From: Eledone cirrhosa
Lineage: Eukaryota
DNA length: 64,000 nt
Direction of reading: 5' to 3'
NCBI GenBank assembly: GCA_964016885.1
Contig: OZ024744.1
Span: 93,806,001-93,870,000 of the forward strand
Made by a program: the position numbers and the translations under genes. The stretch's first letter is position 1; each line of letters begins with the position of its first letter. The notes under the pieces are model-generated. The model was not told the origin of the DNA. It was given only the letters and a program-made list of their open reading frames with translations, and did not search any database. Shown piece after piece: positions 51,381-64,000 of this stretch.

Positions 51381-52692
51381 ATGGCTTGTGAAAGCTGTAC
51401 AAGCCATGTATAGGGGAGCAGTCAGCAAAGTTAGGATTAGCAATGACTATAGCAAGGAATTTAGCGTACAGGTTGGGGTCCACCAGGGCTCTGTTCTTAG
51501 CCCCCTCCTGTTCATCATAGTTCTGCAAGCAATAACGGAGTAGTTTAAGACTGGATGCCCATGAGAACTCCTGTATGCTGATGACCTCGCACTTATAGCT
51601 GAATCTATGGTAGAACTAGAGAAGAAATTCCAAACTTGGAAGCAGGGACTAGAAAGAAAGGGTCTCAAAGTCAACCTGACAAAGACTAAGGTCCTTGTAA
51701 GTAGACGAGAAAACAGAACCCAGATCCCCTCAGGAAAATGGCCTTGCTCAGTATGTAGGAAAGGTGTAGGTAGGAACTCCATTCTCTGCCCCAAATGCAA
51801 ACAATGGGTACACAAGAGATGTAGCGGGATCTCAGGAAGCTTAATTAAGAATGTAGGCTTCACATGTAGCAGCTGTACTGCAAGCAGCAAACAGCCACAG
51901 GAAACAAGTACCACCAATCTCTGGGAGGGCCCTGTAGAAAAAGTAGAGAGTTTCTGCTATCTAGGTGACCGAATTAGCTGCAGAGGTGGGTGTTCGGAAA
52001 GTACAATAACTAGGGTAAGAATGGGATGGAAGAAGTTCAGGGAGCTACTGCCACTGCTAGCTGCAAAAGACTGTACGATACGTGTATACGAACAGCAATG
52101 TTACATGGTAGTGAGACCTGGGCGTTGTCTGTGGAAGACTTGCCTAGATTAGAAAGAAACAAAGCCTGCATGCTCTGATGGATGTGTAATAGTAATATAC
52201 GCGAACGACAAAGCATAAATGAATTGAGAGAGAGACTGAGCATAAAAGGAATCAAATGCTGTGTGCAGAAGAGGCGGTTGCGTTGGTATGGACATGTGAT
52301 GCGTTTGATGGATGACAGCTGCATAAAAAGGTGCAGAGCACTAGAAGTCGATAGAAACCGCGGAATGGGGAAACCCAAGACGACCTGGGATGAGATGATA
52401 AAAGCTGACCTTACCCAATTACACCTCTCAAAGGTGATGACACATGACCGTGACCTCTGGCATCTCGCAATAATACAGAAGACCCGACCCCCCACGGGTA
52501 CAAGCTGAAGCTGAAGCATATAGACAATATGCCCCCACACCCTCCCACTGCAAAGTGGTCGTGGAGGTGCCACGGCAAAAAAGCACCCAGCAGTCACTGT
52601 AAATGAAGTTGGTGTTAGGAAGGGCATCCAGCTGCAGAAATCAAGCCAGAATCAGTTCCCGTATGAGCAAGGCATGGTCAGCCGACCATGCC
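51381..52692 (+). mobile_element. RTE fragment (inverted relative to 48130-50840)
   Basis: YADD, Cys finger and 3' UTR; lacks the terminal tail. Confidence 0.92.
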
Positions 52693-52712
52693 TTGCTCAT
52701 ACGGGAACTGAT

Positions 52713-53308
52713 TTCCCTAAGGGGATCTGGGTTCTGTTTTCTCATCTACTTACAAGGACCTTAGTCTTTGTCAGGTTGACTTTGAGACCCTTTCTTTCTA
52801 GTCTTGCTTCCAAGTTTGGAATTTCTTCTCTAGTTCTACCATAGATTCAACTATAAGTGCGAGGTCATCTGCAAACAGGAGTTCCCATGGGTATCTGGTC
52901 TTAAACTCCTCCGTTATTGCCTGCAGAACTATGATGAACAAGAGAGGGCTAAGAACAGCCCTGATGGACACCAACCTGTATGCTAAATTCCTCACAATAG
53001 TCATTGCTAATCCTAACTTTGCTGACTGCTCCCCTATACATGGCTTGTACAGCTTTCACAAGCCATTCATCTACTCCTAGTTTTCTAAGAGCCCACCAGA
53101 TTATAGCACGGGGAACTCTGTCAAAGGCTTTCTCGAGGTCGACGAATGCCAGGTAGAACGGCTTACTTTTAGCTAGGTACTTTTCCTGCAACTGCCTCAC
53201 AAAAAAGAGGGCATCAGTGGTGCCTCTTCCTGGCACAAACCCAAATTGCATCTCATCTAGTTTCACTCGGTCCCTATTCAACTGTGCTCTCACTCTTTCT
53301 GTTACTTT
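52713..53308 (-). mobile_element. RTE RT fragment
   Basis: QFGFVPGRGTTDA..VDLEKAFD..FADD. Confidence 0.9.
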
Positions 53309-53342
53309 AATAACTCTTTATATATATATATATATATATATA

Positions 53343-53837
53343 TTTCGTTTCTGAATTTGTTTAGCAAGATTCTTTATCTGAAAACGTGTGTTGAAACCGA
53401 TATTGTTATACTTTGGGAGGGTCATGTTGCCAATAAGAAACACACGCACCAGTTTCTTTCAGTTCAATTTATTATAAATTAAATTTATAAATTTAAGAAT
53501 TTATAAATTTCCGGTTGGTTGGTTGGTTGGTTGGTTCCACAACCAGATGATTGTTCATATATTGTCAAAGTTCTTTCATCACACAAAAACAAGATGGTGT
53601 AGGACAGAACAAAGGAGAGGCACAAAAACAAAGAAAAGAATCCCCAGTCATTGAAGAGGTCACTGAATCTGTGATGAAAGAACTTTGACAATATATGAAC
53701 AATCGTCTGGTTGTGGAACCAACCAACCAACCGGAAATTTATAAATTCCTAAATTTATAAATTTAATTTATAATAAATTGAAGTGAAAGCAACTGGCATG
53801 TGTGTTTCTTACTGGCAACATGACCCTCCCAAAGTAT

Positions 53838-53845
<8 letters not shown>
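53343..53845. repeat. Fold-back insertion (~180-bp arms, ~85-bp loop), probably Penelope-derived
   Basis: 53400-53584 is the reverse complement of ~53670-53845; unpaired tail at 53343-53399; (TA)n flanks. Confidence 0.85.
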
Positions 53846-53869
<24 letters not shown>

Positions 53870-53874
<5 letters not shown>

Positions 53875-54173
53875 TTACTTTTAGGTAATTCAGAAAGAAA
53901 AGCAAAGGAAAAAAGAGTGCTCTATGTATAGAACAGAGCTATTTAATCAGAAAGTGAACAACACAAAATATAACTACTCCATTACCAAAGGTTTCTGGAT
54001 CCCAGACAATAATAATATAAGTCTGGATCGGTCGTCAGATAGAGATGTTATTTCATATCTTTTATCTATTACATCTCTGTCTGACGACCGATCCAGACGT
54101 ATATTATTATCGTCTGTGATCCAGAAACCTTTGGTAATGGAGTAGCTATATTTTGTGTTGTTCACTTTCTAAT

Positions 54174-54178
<5 letters not shown>
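53870..54178. repeat. Fold-back pLTR hairpin with a hammerhead in each arm
   Basis: Arms 53941-54048 / 54071-54178. The tail at 53870-53940 shares CATAGAGCACTCTT with 63053-63129. Confidence 0.88.
54075..54142 (+). ncRNA. Type I hammerhead ribozyme (mirror copy on the minus strand at 53977-54044)
   Basis: CTCTGT-CTGACGA-long stem II-GAAA-CCTTTGG-TA/ATGGAG; GUA site at 54134-36; base of stem II mismatched. Confidence 0.7.
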
Positions 54179-54235
<57 letters not shown>

Positions 54236-54238
<3 letters not shown>

Positions 54239-56706
54239 GTGGAGAAGTAAAATAAAGGAGAACAGACCGTAAAAACATGTTTATTTAAAATACCACCTAC
54301 GTACGTTTCGCTCGAATGGGCTTCTCAAGGGCATAATAACTAAAAAGCGTTCCTTACATGATCTGGAATGGGTTTTTAGAGATAAGTTCACGTCAGAGTT
54401 CATTCTTCGTAAAAAAACATGTTTTGATTTTGCAGTAGGTCAAGGGAAATAACTCTGGCCAGTGTTAGGGCAGTCTTTCCCGGACACATTTTTTATCCGA
54501 TACAAGCATGTGGTTACTACCTTACCATTGCCGATACGGACAGGATCAGGTATGCAACGTTTGTTTTGAGACGTTTTTTTTCTGCGCCTGCCCGCCTGGG
54601 TCGATTCATGCCGGGTCCGGGATGCATGGTTAGTTTCCGGATGTTTTTAGCAGCGCCTGCCCGCCGGGGTGTTAAAGCTTGGTGCAGGGAGACTCGGTTT
54701 ACGGTTTCACTCCTCGTTCTTATTCCATCTAAAGTAGGATATTTTTAAGCGGTGTGTACAGCTTATCGTTGTTTCAGCTCTGCTGTTGATGAGCTCGTGG
54801 GGTGCCGTTATGATGTGGTAGAGCTCCATGAGGCAAAGCTCGCACTACCTCTTGAAGTTGTACGGTGCAGCCCTGCCGACAATTTCCCAGTGCGTGGAGA
54901 AGCTGATGTTTAAGTCTTTTAATGTTGTGATGTAGTTCGCAAGCTATGTGGAGTGTCTTAATTTCTTATTTGCGAAAAGTGGAGATGTGTTCGAAATCTA
55001 ATTTTGAACGGGCCAGAGGTAGCCCTTATATAATGTTTAACACTATTATGGCTAGTTACGGGGCACCTATATATAACCCTATCAGTCAAGCAGTTTCCCC
55101 TAAGGGGGCAGCGTCCCCTGTCTCGGCAGTTGCAATTTCGGTCGCGGTCGCTTCTAGCTCCCACAGTAATGCTATATTTATTGCTATCTACGACCTACGC
55201 TCCCACATCTGTCATTAGCACCATTATAACCCACTGTACGAGGGGTGATACCATTATTAATCGCACGCAGCAGCGTCTTCCGTTGCCGCCAGGTGACTCG
55301 TGCGGGTCACCTGCATATTCCTCAGTCATGTCGCGGTTATGTTCGTTGCGTCGGTAGAGGCTGTTGCCAGCACTAGTGGATGCTGAGTCGTTAAGGCCGA
55401 TATAGTTGTTGTCAGGTGCTAAGGTGCTGTGTCTTGGTGATCTTACTGTGATTTGTTGTTTCTATGATGTCTGCTCGGTTAGGAGTAGTAGAGAAGGATC
55501 TTTTTATATTGTTCCTATTAAGGATTTTCCTATACCTATGGTTGGGTGGGAAGTTCTTCTCTTTTACGGTGGCGATTACGCGTCTTAGTACGTTTGCTGC
55601 GGGTAGTGCTATCAGGGTAACCGTTCTTATGCATGTTAATGCGCTATAGCCCGTTACGTGTCCCTTTCGCTTTATGCTCGGGTGCACTCTTCTTCCTTCT
55701 GCTATGTTTATGTACAGGAAGATGTTGGTTGGAAGGCGTTGGTAGTAGGCCGTCGCCTTTATTAATTTTATAGTAGGGGAATAATTCAAGTAGGCCACAG
55801 TGGTCACTGTCCCTGGGTCATGAGCTTTATTGTGTGGTAAGCTACATATACTATCGCCAGTGTAATTAACATTGTGGCCGTGTTTCTTAGTGCGATTTTC
55901 TATACTATTACATCCGACTCCTTCGAAGTCGCCGCGTGATCGGTTATAGATATGGCTTACTATAACGTTAGTTTTATGAGGGGAGGGGGGGGGGGTTCTG
56001 GAGCTAGCATTAGGGATGTAGGAGATTCCTCGGTTAAAACCGGCGCTTATCAAGACGCTATTGTAGTAATCTGCCGCTTGGTTGAAGATATCCTCGAGAT
56101 CCTATGTGAGATGCTATAGACAATGGAGTTGAGAGTCTGCTTAGGGTGGTTGGAGGCATAATTAATATAAGAGAGGCTCTCTCCAGGCTTATGGTATGGC
56201 TTGTATGGGCCCGTACTCAACTCCAGGCTCACGTCCAGGAAGTTGACAACCTGGTGGTTGGGGTCTATAGTTACGGATAGGCCGTATGACTTGAAGAACC
56301 TGTGTATGTGCTTGTTAAGGTTCTCTATTCTACGAGGGCTATGGTTCCTAACGGTAAACAGGGCGTCGTCCCTATATACACCCCCTTGTAGGACCGGTAT
56401 CTCGTCCCTAAGCTTATTGATGAAGTATATTCCGACCAGGTCGGTTGCTTGCGCATAGTCGCTGGACCCCATCGTGATATCGAAGTTATCAGGACGGTTG
56501 GTTCTGGTCCAGTGGGAGCCTTCGAACTGGATAATGGATCTACGCGCCGCTAAAACTATGTCTATTTCTTTTTTAGTGAGGCTAGTGTTAGATTTAGCTA
56601 ATATGAATGCCTTATTTAAGAGTATGGGGGAGATAGAGGCGTAGTAACTATCTATGTAAAACTAGATGAACTTCAGGGACGCTTTATCAGGCAACTCGGT
56701 GAACCA
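54236..56706 (-). mobile_element. Penelope-like element (Naiad-type), 5'-truncated RT + GIY-YIG
   Basis: IDSYYASIS, FDITMGS, YRDD, VNFLDV, YINYASNHP, NFPPNHRYRKILNRN, CNCR..CPLRGNC..VIY..YI. Degenerate hammerhead (GAAACGTACGTA) at ~54295-54333. Confidence 0.9.
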
Positions 56707-56715
56707 ATCTATATA

Positions 56716-57291
<576 letters not shown>

Positions 57292-57302
57292 TTATTTATT
57301 TA

Positions 57303-58896
57303 TTTATTAAAATAACAGATTAAAGTTTAAGCAAAGAATCGCTGCTTTCACCCTTAACGGGATCTGAAACTAACAAAGTCAATCAGTAAACGCAGAACTG
57401 GATATTTCAAAAAACGTTGCAACCGGAGGAAGACAGAAAGACGATACTTTGGTTCGTGGAAACGTTCGCTGGCAAAGAACGGGAAAAACGAATAATACGT
57501 CATTAATAGGAGCGGTGAAAAACAATTACGCGCAAAGACAGAACCACGTTACCCTCTAAGAAGGAATATGACGTCACTTTCAGCTTATATCTGGAGTCTT
57601 AAGACAACCACACCCAATATAAGTTACACTGGGAGATCCTAGCTAGGGCTAGATCGTATAACGGAAATAAAAGACCATGTGACCTCTGCGCCGCTGAAGC
57701 CCTGGAAATAGTCTACGCCAATGACCACATCTTAAACAAAAAATCTGAGGCAATTTCGGCTTGTAAACATAAATTGCACAAAACTTTCCTGTATTGCAGC
57801 CCCACGTTATACCCTAACGGATAGTACGATCTATCCGTGGTTATTTTACGTCTTGATGTGGGAGCTAAGTATATGTTTTGTTTATTCCTTTACTTATTTG
57901 CATAGGTAAGTATATATTACCCGTATGTTTTGTGAAGGTACGTATACCTTCTCGTACGTATATTTGATTGTTATGGCGTATAATTTTATATATTCTGGTA
58001 CATAGGGTTTGGCTATGTGTATACGTGAGTTTTGCGTCTGTGTGAGTATGCAGGTTCGTACGTATGGTGGGTGTGTGTATTTGTGTACTTCTTGTTTTAG
58101 TTGACTTACGTCTCTGAACCTTCGTGTATTATATGTAGGTAGGTGTGTGCGCTTGTTATATACGTATTTATTTATTTATATACGTTTATATAATTATTTA
58201 TTTATTTGTATACACGCATACGCACACGCACATATTTATATGTGCGTGGTTTTGTATACCTATGGTAAGGTTTTGCGTATGCTTGTGTATATGCGTATTT
58301 GTTTGCGTGTATGTATTTATTTATTTCTATTACTTCTGTATTGTATTTATTTACTTTGTTCTTAACTCTGTAGCGGAGATTCATTTGGTCTCCTAGTTAG
58401 AATTTTAGTCTACGACTTCTGCTATACCATTTACGTGGTTTTGTCTTTGCGTGCTATTGTTCTCCACGCTCAACATATGACGTATTATCTTCGTTTTTTC
58501 ATTCATTGCCAGAGAACGTCTCTATGCACCACCTAAGAGAACATTAGTCTAGGACCTCTTTTATACCATAAACGTGGTTATGTCTTTGCGCGTAATTGTT
58601 TTTCACCGCTCCTATTAATGACGTATTATTCGTTTTTTCCCGTTCTTTGCCAGCGAACGTTACCACGAACCAAAGTATCGTCTTCCTCCGGTTGCAACGT
58701 TTTTTTTGAAATATCCAGTTCTGCGTTTACAGATTGACTTTGTTAGTTTCAGAAGATCCCGTTAAGGGTGAAAGCAGCGATTCTTTGCTTAAACTTTAAT
58801 CTGTTATTTTAATAAATATTACGGTTCTTATATAGTTGATATATATTTATCCTTATCGAGCCCTCTTTGGATTTTAGTCTTCAAATTTATTATTAT

Positions 58897-58900
<4 letters not shown>
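57303..58900 (+). mobile_element. Penelope-like 3' fragment with an inverted partial pLTR
   Basis: GIY-YIG tail SLSAYIWSL..WEILARA..CDLC..E..LNKKSE..CKH at ~57570-57790. 57303-57550 is the reverse complement of ~58572-58816. Confidence 0.85.
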
Positions 58901-58964
<64 letters not shown>

Positions 58965-58965
58965 T

Positions 58966-59009
<44 letters not shown>

Positions 59010-59012
<3 letters not shown>

Positions 59013-59210
59013 TAGAAAGCCACAACAATGCAGATGGGAAATCTCGAGGTACCTTTGTTTTGTTTACATTTCGTTTCTCTCAATTTTCACTTTTCTCCTA
59101 TTACTCACTCACTTCCTACCTCGAGATTTCCCATCTGCATTGTTGTGGCTTTCTAAATTACATATTTTACACATTTCACAATGCTTCAAGCAAACTTTAA
59201 CACCCTCTTA
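59010..59210. repeat. Small fold-back insertion (~41-bp arms)
   Basis: Arms 59011-59051 / 59117-59157; tail contains AATGCTTCAAGCAAAC. Confidence 0.75.
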
Positions 59211-59227
59211 TATATATATATATATAT

Positions 59228-59414
59228 AATTGTTTCTACTTTAGGCACAAGGCCAGCAATCACCCATTGAATTACTGGTACTTTATTTTATCGACCCCGT
59301 AAGGATGAAAGGCAAAGTCAACCTCGGCGGGATTTGAACTCAGATCATAAAGGGACGTAACTATGCTGGAAAGCATGGCGTCCGACCCTCTACCGATACT
59401 CCCAATCCACCGCC
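59228..59414 (-). mobile_element. Full-length tRNA-derived SINE
   Basis: Reverse complement of the 60078-60263 family. Confidence 0.88.
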
Positions 59415-60077
59415 ATGTATATATATATATATATAATGTATAATAAACAATACAATATAATTACCTCATTACCAGAGGTTTCCCGAATCAGACGAATACG
59501 AAAAAAACGTCCTCATTCGTTCGTCGGACAAGGTAATATAAAACATAGTGAAATATTTGGAAAGTCTCATCAAGAAATGCAAAAAATATATAAATAAAAG
59601 TAATGCAAGAGATATATTAAAACATATAAAAATATACAAAAAATATAAGGAAATATAGTTAGGTATGTATATATGTATGTATATACACTCACAGATGTAC
59701 ATATGTGTGTATGTACAAATGCATGTGTATGGTGAAAATGTGTGCGTAAGTACATATATGAGGGCAAGTATGTTTGTGTATATGTGACCAAAAATACGGA
59801 TATAATATGAGTTGAAAGAGAAGATGATGATATAGTTGACACGCATCTAGATACAGGTATTAAATACACATACGAGTATGAAAGCACGCGTATAAACACA
59901 CACACACGCGCGGTCACTTAGTGAAAAGAAGTGTCATTCTCGATATATGTATAAAAATGAAACAATATATGAGAATGAAAAAAATTTTTAAATGAAAGAG
60001 AAAGTAATCAATTAACACTAGAGAAAAGAAAACAAACATAGGGACGCACGTACATACACATATATCTATAAATAACA

Positions 60078-60263
60078 AGGGCGGTGAATTGGTAGTATCG
60101 GTAGAGGGTTGGACGCCATGCTTTCTAGCATAGTTACGTCCCTTTACAGTCTGAGTTCAAATCCCGCCGAGGTTAACTTTGCCTTTCATCCTTACGGGGT
60201 CGATAAAATAAAGTACCAGTAATGTACTGGGTAATTGCTGGCCTTGTGCCAAATGTAGAAACA
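60078..60263 (+). mobile_element. tRNA-derived SINE with an 18-bp TSD
   Basis: TSD ATATATCTATAAATAACA at 60060-77 and 60264-81; the empty site is seen in the opposite arm (~62407-62424); box B GAGTTCAAATCCC. Confidence 0.93.
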
Positions 60264-60361
60264 ATATATCTATAAATAACATATATCCTTAAAAATATTT
60301 ATACACACAAATACGTACAGACAAAAGCGCATGTATGCGTACATACATACACACGAGGCAC

Positions 60362-60443
<82 letters not shown>

Positions 60444-61077
60444 CCCCATGTATATCTTGTATATCTAATCACACGTACGTACGCGACTATAATATACACA
60501 CACACACATACACACCCATACATACGCATACACACATACACACATACACACACATTCACGTAAATTCACCCGCTTACGCACGCACGTAAAAATAAGAATG
60601 TAAAAAAACATAGATGTTAAAACATAGATATAAAAACACACATACACACACATATATATACACGCACGCACGCACACATACAGAGGCGCTCGTATACATA
60701 TACAGAACGTATACACACATAAAAACACTCAGACATATAGATACAAAGTGTAAAGCAGCCTTATGAATAAATGAGTACTAATATAAAAACTGTTGCGAAA
60801 CAACAGAATATATCTGGAGTGGAAAACGCAAGTGACAAGAGGAATCAGGTAGTGAAAGAAAATGGGGGAGTAACATATGGAATGCGAAGTTATTAGGTAA
60901 GTGAATCGAAGAGTATGGGGGGGGGGGGGGGGTACTGGTCGATGTGAAGTAAAAAAAAAAAAAAATTTTAAATAAAGTTAAAAATGAAAGTAAATCAGAA
61001 AAAGAAGTCTGTAAAGAGAATAATTTAAGGAAAGTGAAGAATAGGAGATTATCTATGTGTTCTAGGGAAATGTTTAT

Positions 61078-61680
61078 ATAGATAAACATTTCCCTAGAAC
61101 ACATAGATACTATAAGATCTTCAATAGAAACTGTGTCAAAATTAGCTACTCCTGCGGTCCCCCTATTAAATCTTATATCATCAACAAGAAATCACCTAGA
61201 GAACATCAAAATTGCTCCTGTAGAGTCAAAAGTGAATGCCCATTACAAGGTAAATGCAACACCAAAGCCATTGTATATGCGGCTAAAGTGACAACCATTA
61301 GCAACAACCAACCAGCCACCAGTGAGCGATATGTGGGTATGACACAAGACAAATTCAAAACGCGTTATTACTCACATGTCGCATCTTTCCGACATCCAGA
61401 AAAAAGATTCACAACAGCTCTGGCTAGCAGAATATGGGATTTGAAAGACCAATATAAATTAGATTGGTCAATTTTGAACCAATCTAAAGAATATGCAAGA
61501 GGAACAAGAAGATGCACACTCTGCATAAGTGAAAAATATTGGATTTTACAAAACCTTAAATCACCAAAAACCTGCCTAAATACAAAAACGGAAATTTTCA
61601 CCAGTTGCCCACACATGAAATCACACTTGCTTTCCAGCTCATATAAACTTAATTCACTTTCAGATACTTATCCTCCATAA
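61078..61680 (+). pseudogene. PLE thumb remnant + GIY-YIG endonuclease
   Basis: CSCRVKSECPLQGKC..IVYAA..YVGMT..FKTRY..H..CTLCISEK..LN..E..CPH. Confidence 0.85.
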
Positions 61681-62272
61681 TCTCCTATTCTTCACTTTCC
61701 TTAAATTATTCTCTTTACAGACTTCTTTTTCTGATTTACTTTCATTTTTAACTTTATTTTTAATTTAATTTTTTTTTTACTTCACATCCACCAGTAACCC
61801 CCCCCCCCCCCACTCTTCGATTCACTTACCTAATAACTACGCATTCCACATGTTACTCCCCCATTTTCTTTCACTACCTGATTCCTCTTGTCACTTGCGT
61901 TTTCCACTCCAGACATATTCTGTTGTTTCGCAGCAGTTTTTATATTAGTATTCATTTATTCATAAGGCTGCTTTATACTTTGTATCTATATGTCTGAGTG
62001 TTTTTATTTGTGTATACGTTCTGTATATGTATACGAGCGCCTCTGTATGTGTGCGTGCGTGCGTGTATATATATGTGTGTGTATGTGTGTTTTTATATCT
62101 ATGTTTTAACATCTATGTTTTTTACATTCTTATTTTTACGTGCGTGCGTAAGCGGGTGAATTTACGTGAATGTGTGTGTATGTGTGTATGTGTGTATGCG
62201 TATGTATGGGTGTGTATGTGTGTGTGTGTATATTATAGTCGCGTACGTACGTGTGATTAGATATACATGGGG

Positions 62273-62326
<54 letters not shown>

Positions 62327-63126
62327 GTGCCTCGTGTGTATGTATGTACGCATACATGCGCTTTTGTCTGTACGTATTTGTGTGTATAAATATTTTTAAG
62401 GATATATGTTATTTATAGATATATGTGTATGTACGTGCGTCCCTATGTTTGTTTTCTTTTCTCTAGTGTTAATTGATTACTTTCTCTTTCATTTAAAAAT
62501 TTTTTTCATTCTCATATATTGTTTCATTTTTATACATATATCGAGAATGACACTTCTTTTCACTAAGTGACCGCGCGTGTGTGTGTGTTTATACGCGTGC
62601 TTTCATACTTGTATGTGTATTTAATACCTGTATCTAGATGCGTGTCAACTATATCATCATCTTCTCTTTCAACTCATATTATATCCGTATTTGTGGTCAC
62701 ATATACACAAATATACGTGTCATCATATATGTACTTACGCACACATTTTCACCATACACATGCATTTGTACATACACACATATGTACATTTGTGAGTGTA
62801 TATACATACATATATACATACCTAACTATATTTCCTTATATTTTTTGTATATTTTTCTATATGTTTTAATATATCTCTTGCATTACTTTTATTTATATAT
62901 TTTTTGCATTTCTTGATGAGACTTTCCAAATATTTCACTATGTTTTATATTACCTTGTCCGACGAACGAATGAGAACGTTTTTTTCGTATTCGTCTGATT
63001 CGGGAAACCTCTGGTAATGAGGTAATTATATTGTATTGTTTATTATACATTAAATTTTGCTCTGGTACTTACATAGAGCACTCTTCACTCCTATGACTTT
63101 TTCAATTTTCAACGGAAACTTCAATA

Positions 63127-63221
<95 letters not shown>

Positions 63222-63240
63222 ATATATATATATATATATA

Positions 63241-64000
63241 TTTATTAAAATAACAGATTAAAGTTTAAGCAAATAATCGCAGCTTTCACCCTTAACGGGA
63301 TCTTCTGAAACTAAAAAAAATCAATCTGTGAACGCAGAAGTAAATATTTCGAAAAACGTTGCAACCGAAGGAAGACAGGAAGATAATACTTTGGTTCGTG
63401 GAGACGTTCCCTGGCAATGAACGGGAAAAAAACGAAGATAATACGTCATTATTTGGATCGGTGAGAACAATTACACACAAAGACAAAACCACGTTTATGG
63501 TATAAATGAAGTCGTGGACTAATATTCTATTTAGGTGGTTCGGGAGACGATCTCTGGCAATGAACGGAAAAAACGAAGATAATACGTCATCATGTGGTAC
63601 GGTGAGAACAATTACACACAAAGACAAAACCACGTTTATGGTATAACTGAAGTCGTAGACTAATATTCGATTTAGGAAACTGGATGATTCTCGGCTTCAG
63701 AGTTAAGAATAATGTAAATAAATTACAGAGGTTATTGAAATCAACAATAACTAAATATATATATGCACGCATCCATATACGTACATAGACATGCATACGC
63801 GAAAACACCCGCCATGGGTATGCATATACAAGCACGTACACAAAAACACGCGCACACATACAAAAGCTCGCGCAACACCTGTACCCGCACGCATACGAAC
63901 GTATACACCAAATACACGTAAAAATATATATTTTTTAAAAATATATATATATATGTGTGTGTGTGTATACATATAATTATATAAACGTATATAAATATAC
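63241..64000 (-). mobile_element. Inverted pLTR arm of another copy of the 57303-58900 family (runs off the window)
   Basis: Starts with the same TTTATTAAAATAACAGATTAAAG; contains 2 x ~142-bp internal repeat. Confidence 0.8.

Larger units (their letters stand above)
59434..63129 (+). mobile_element. Penelope-like (Naiad-type) 3' fragment with ~1.4-kb inverted pLTRs
   Basis: Arms 59434-61052 / 61677-63052. The spacer encodes DKHFPRTH..KIFNRN and GIY-YIG. Hammerhead-like motifs at 59460-59537 (-) and 62949-63026 (+). Confidence 0.92.

Noticed and set aside
53400-53845. Hammerhead in this fold-back
   Set aside because: GAAA plus a palindrome is present, but there is no correctly placed CUGANGA.
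58145-63976. Many short Y/I/V/C/H-rich ORFs
   Set aside because: These are translations of (TA)/(CA)/(TG) microsatellites; other antisense ORFs in the window are shadows of TE genes.

Overview
Eukaryotic, gene-poor, microsatellite-rich DNA made almost entirely of nested transposable elements. The SINE and RTE tails look like those of an octopus-type cephalopod; this is an inference. No host gene is firmly supported. Contents: three Tx1/L1-clade LINEs plus one 3' tail; five R4/Dong LINEs in (TTA)n; one near-full CRE-clade LINE plus two fragments; many RTE pieces with (CAT)n/(GAT)n tails; tRNA-derived SINEs; a Tc1; two hAT MITEs; a non-autonomous Helitron; a Gypsy remnant; and a cluster of Penelope-like (Naiad-type) insertions in (TA)n. 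Most notable: (i) a hammerhead ribozyme at 41186-41258 whose three strands occur in a non-circularly permuted order with a perfect core; (ii) a series of Penelope-derived fold-back insertions, from pure hairpins to ~1.4-kb arms, most carrying a hammerhead motif in both arms and all with an unpaired terminal tail; (iii) splice-donor/acceptor cassettes at the Tx1 ORF1/ORF2 junction; (iv) a 48-bp satellite with a higher-order repeat arising from an RTE 3' UTR. All RNA structures were paired by eye and none has been tested.
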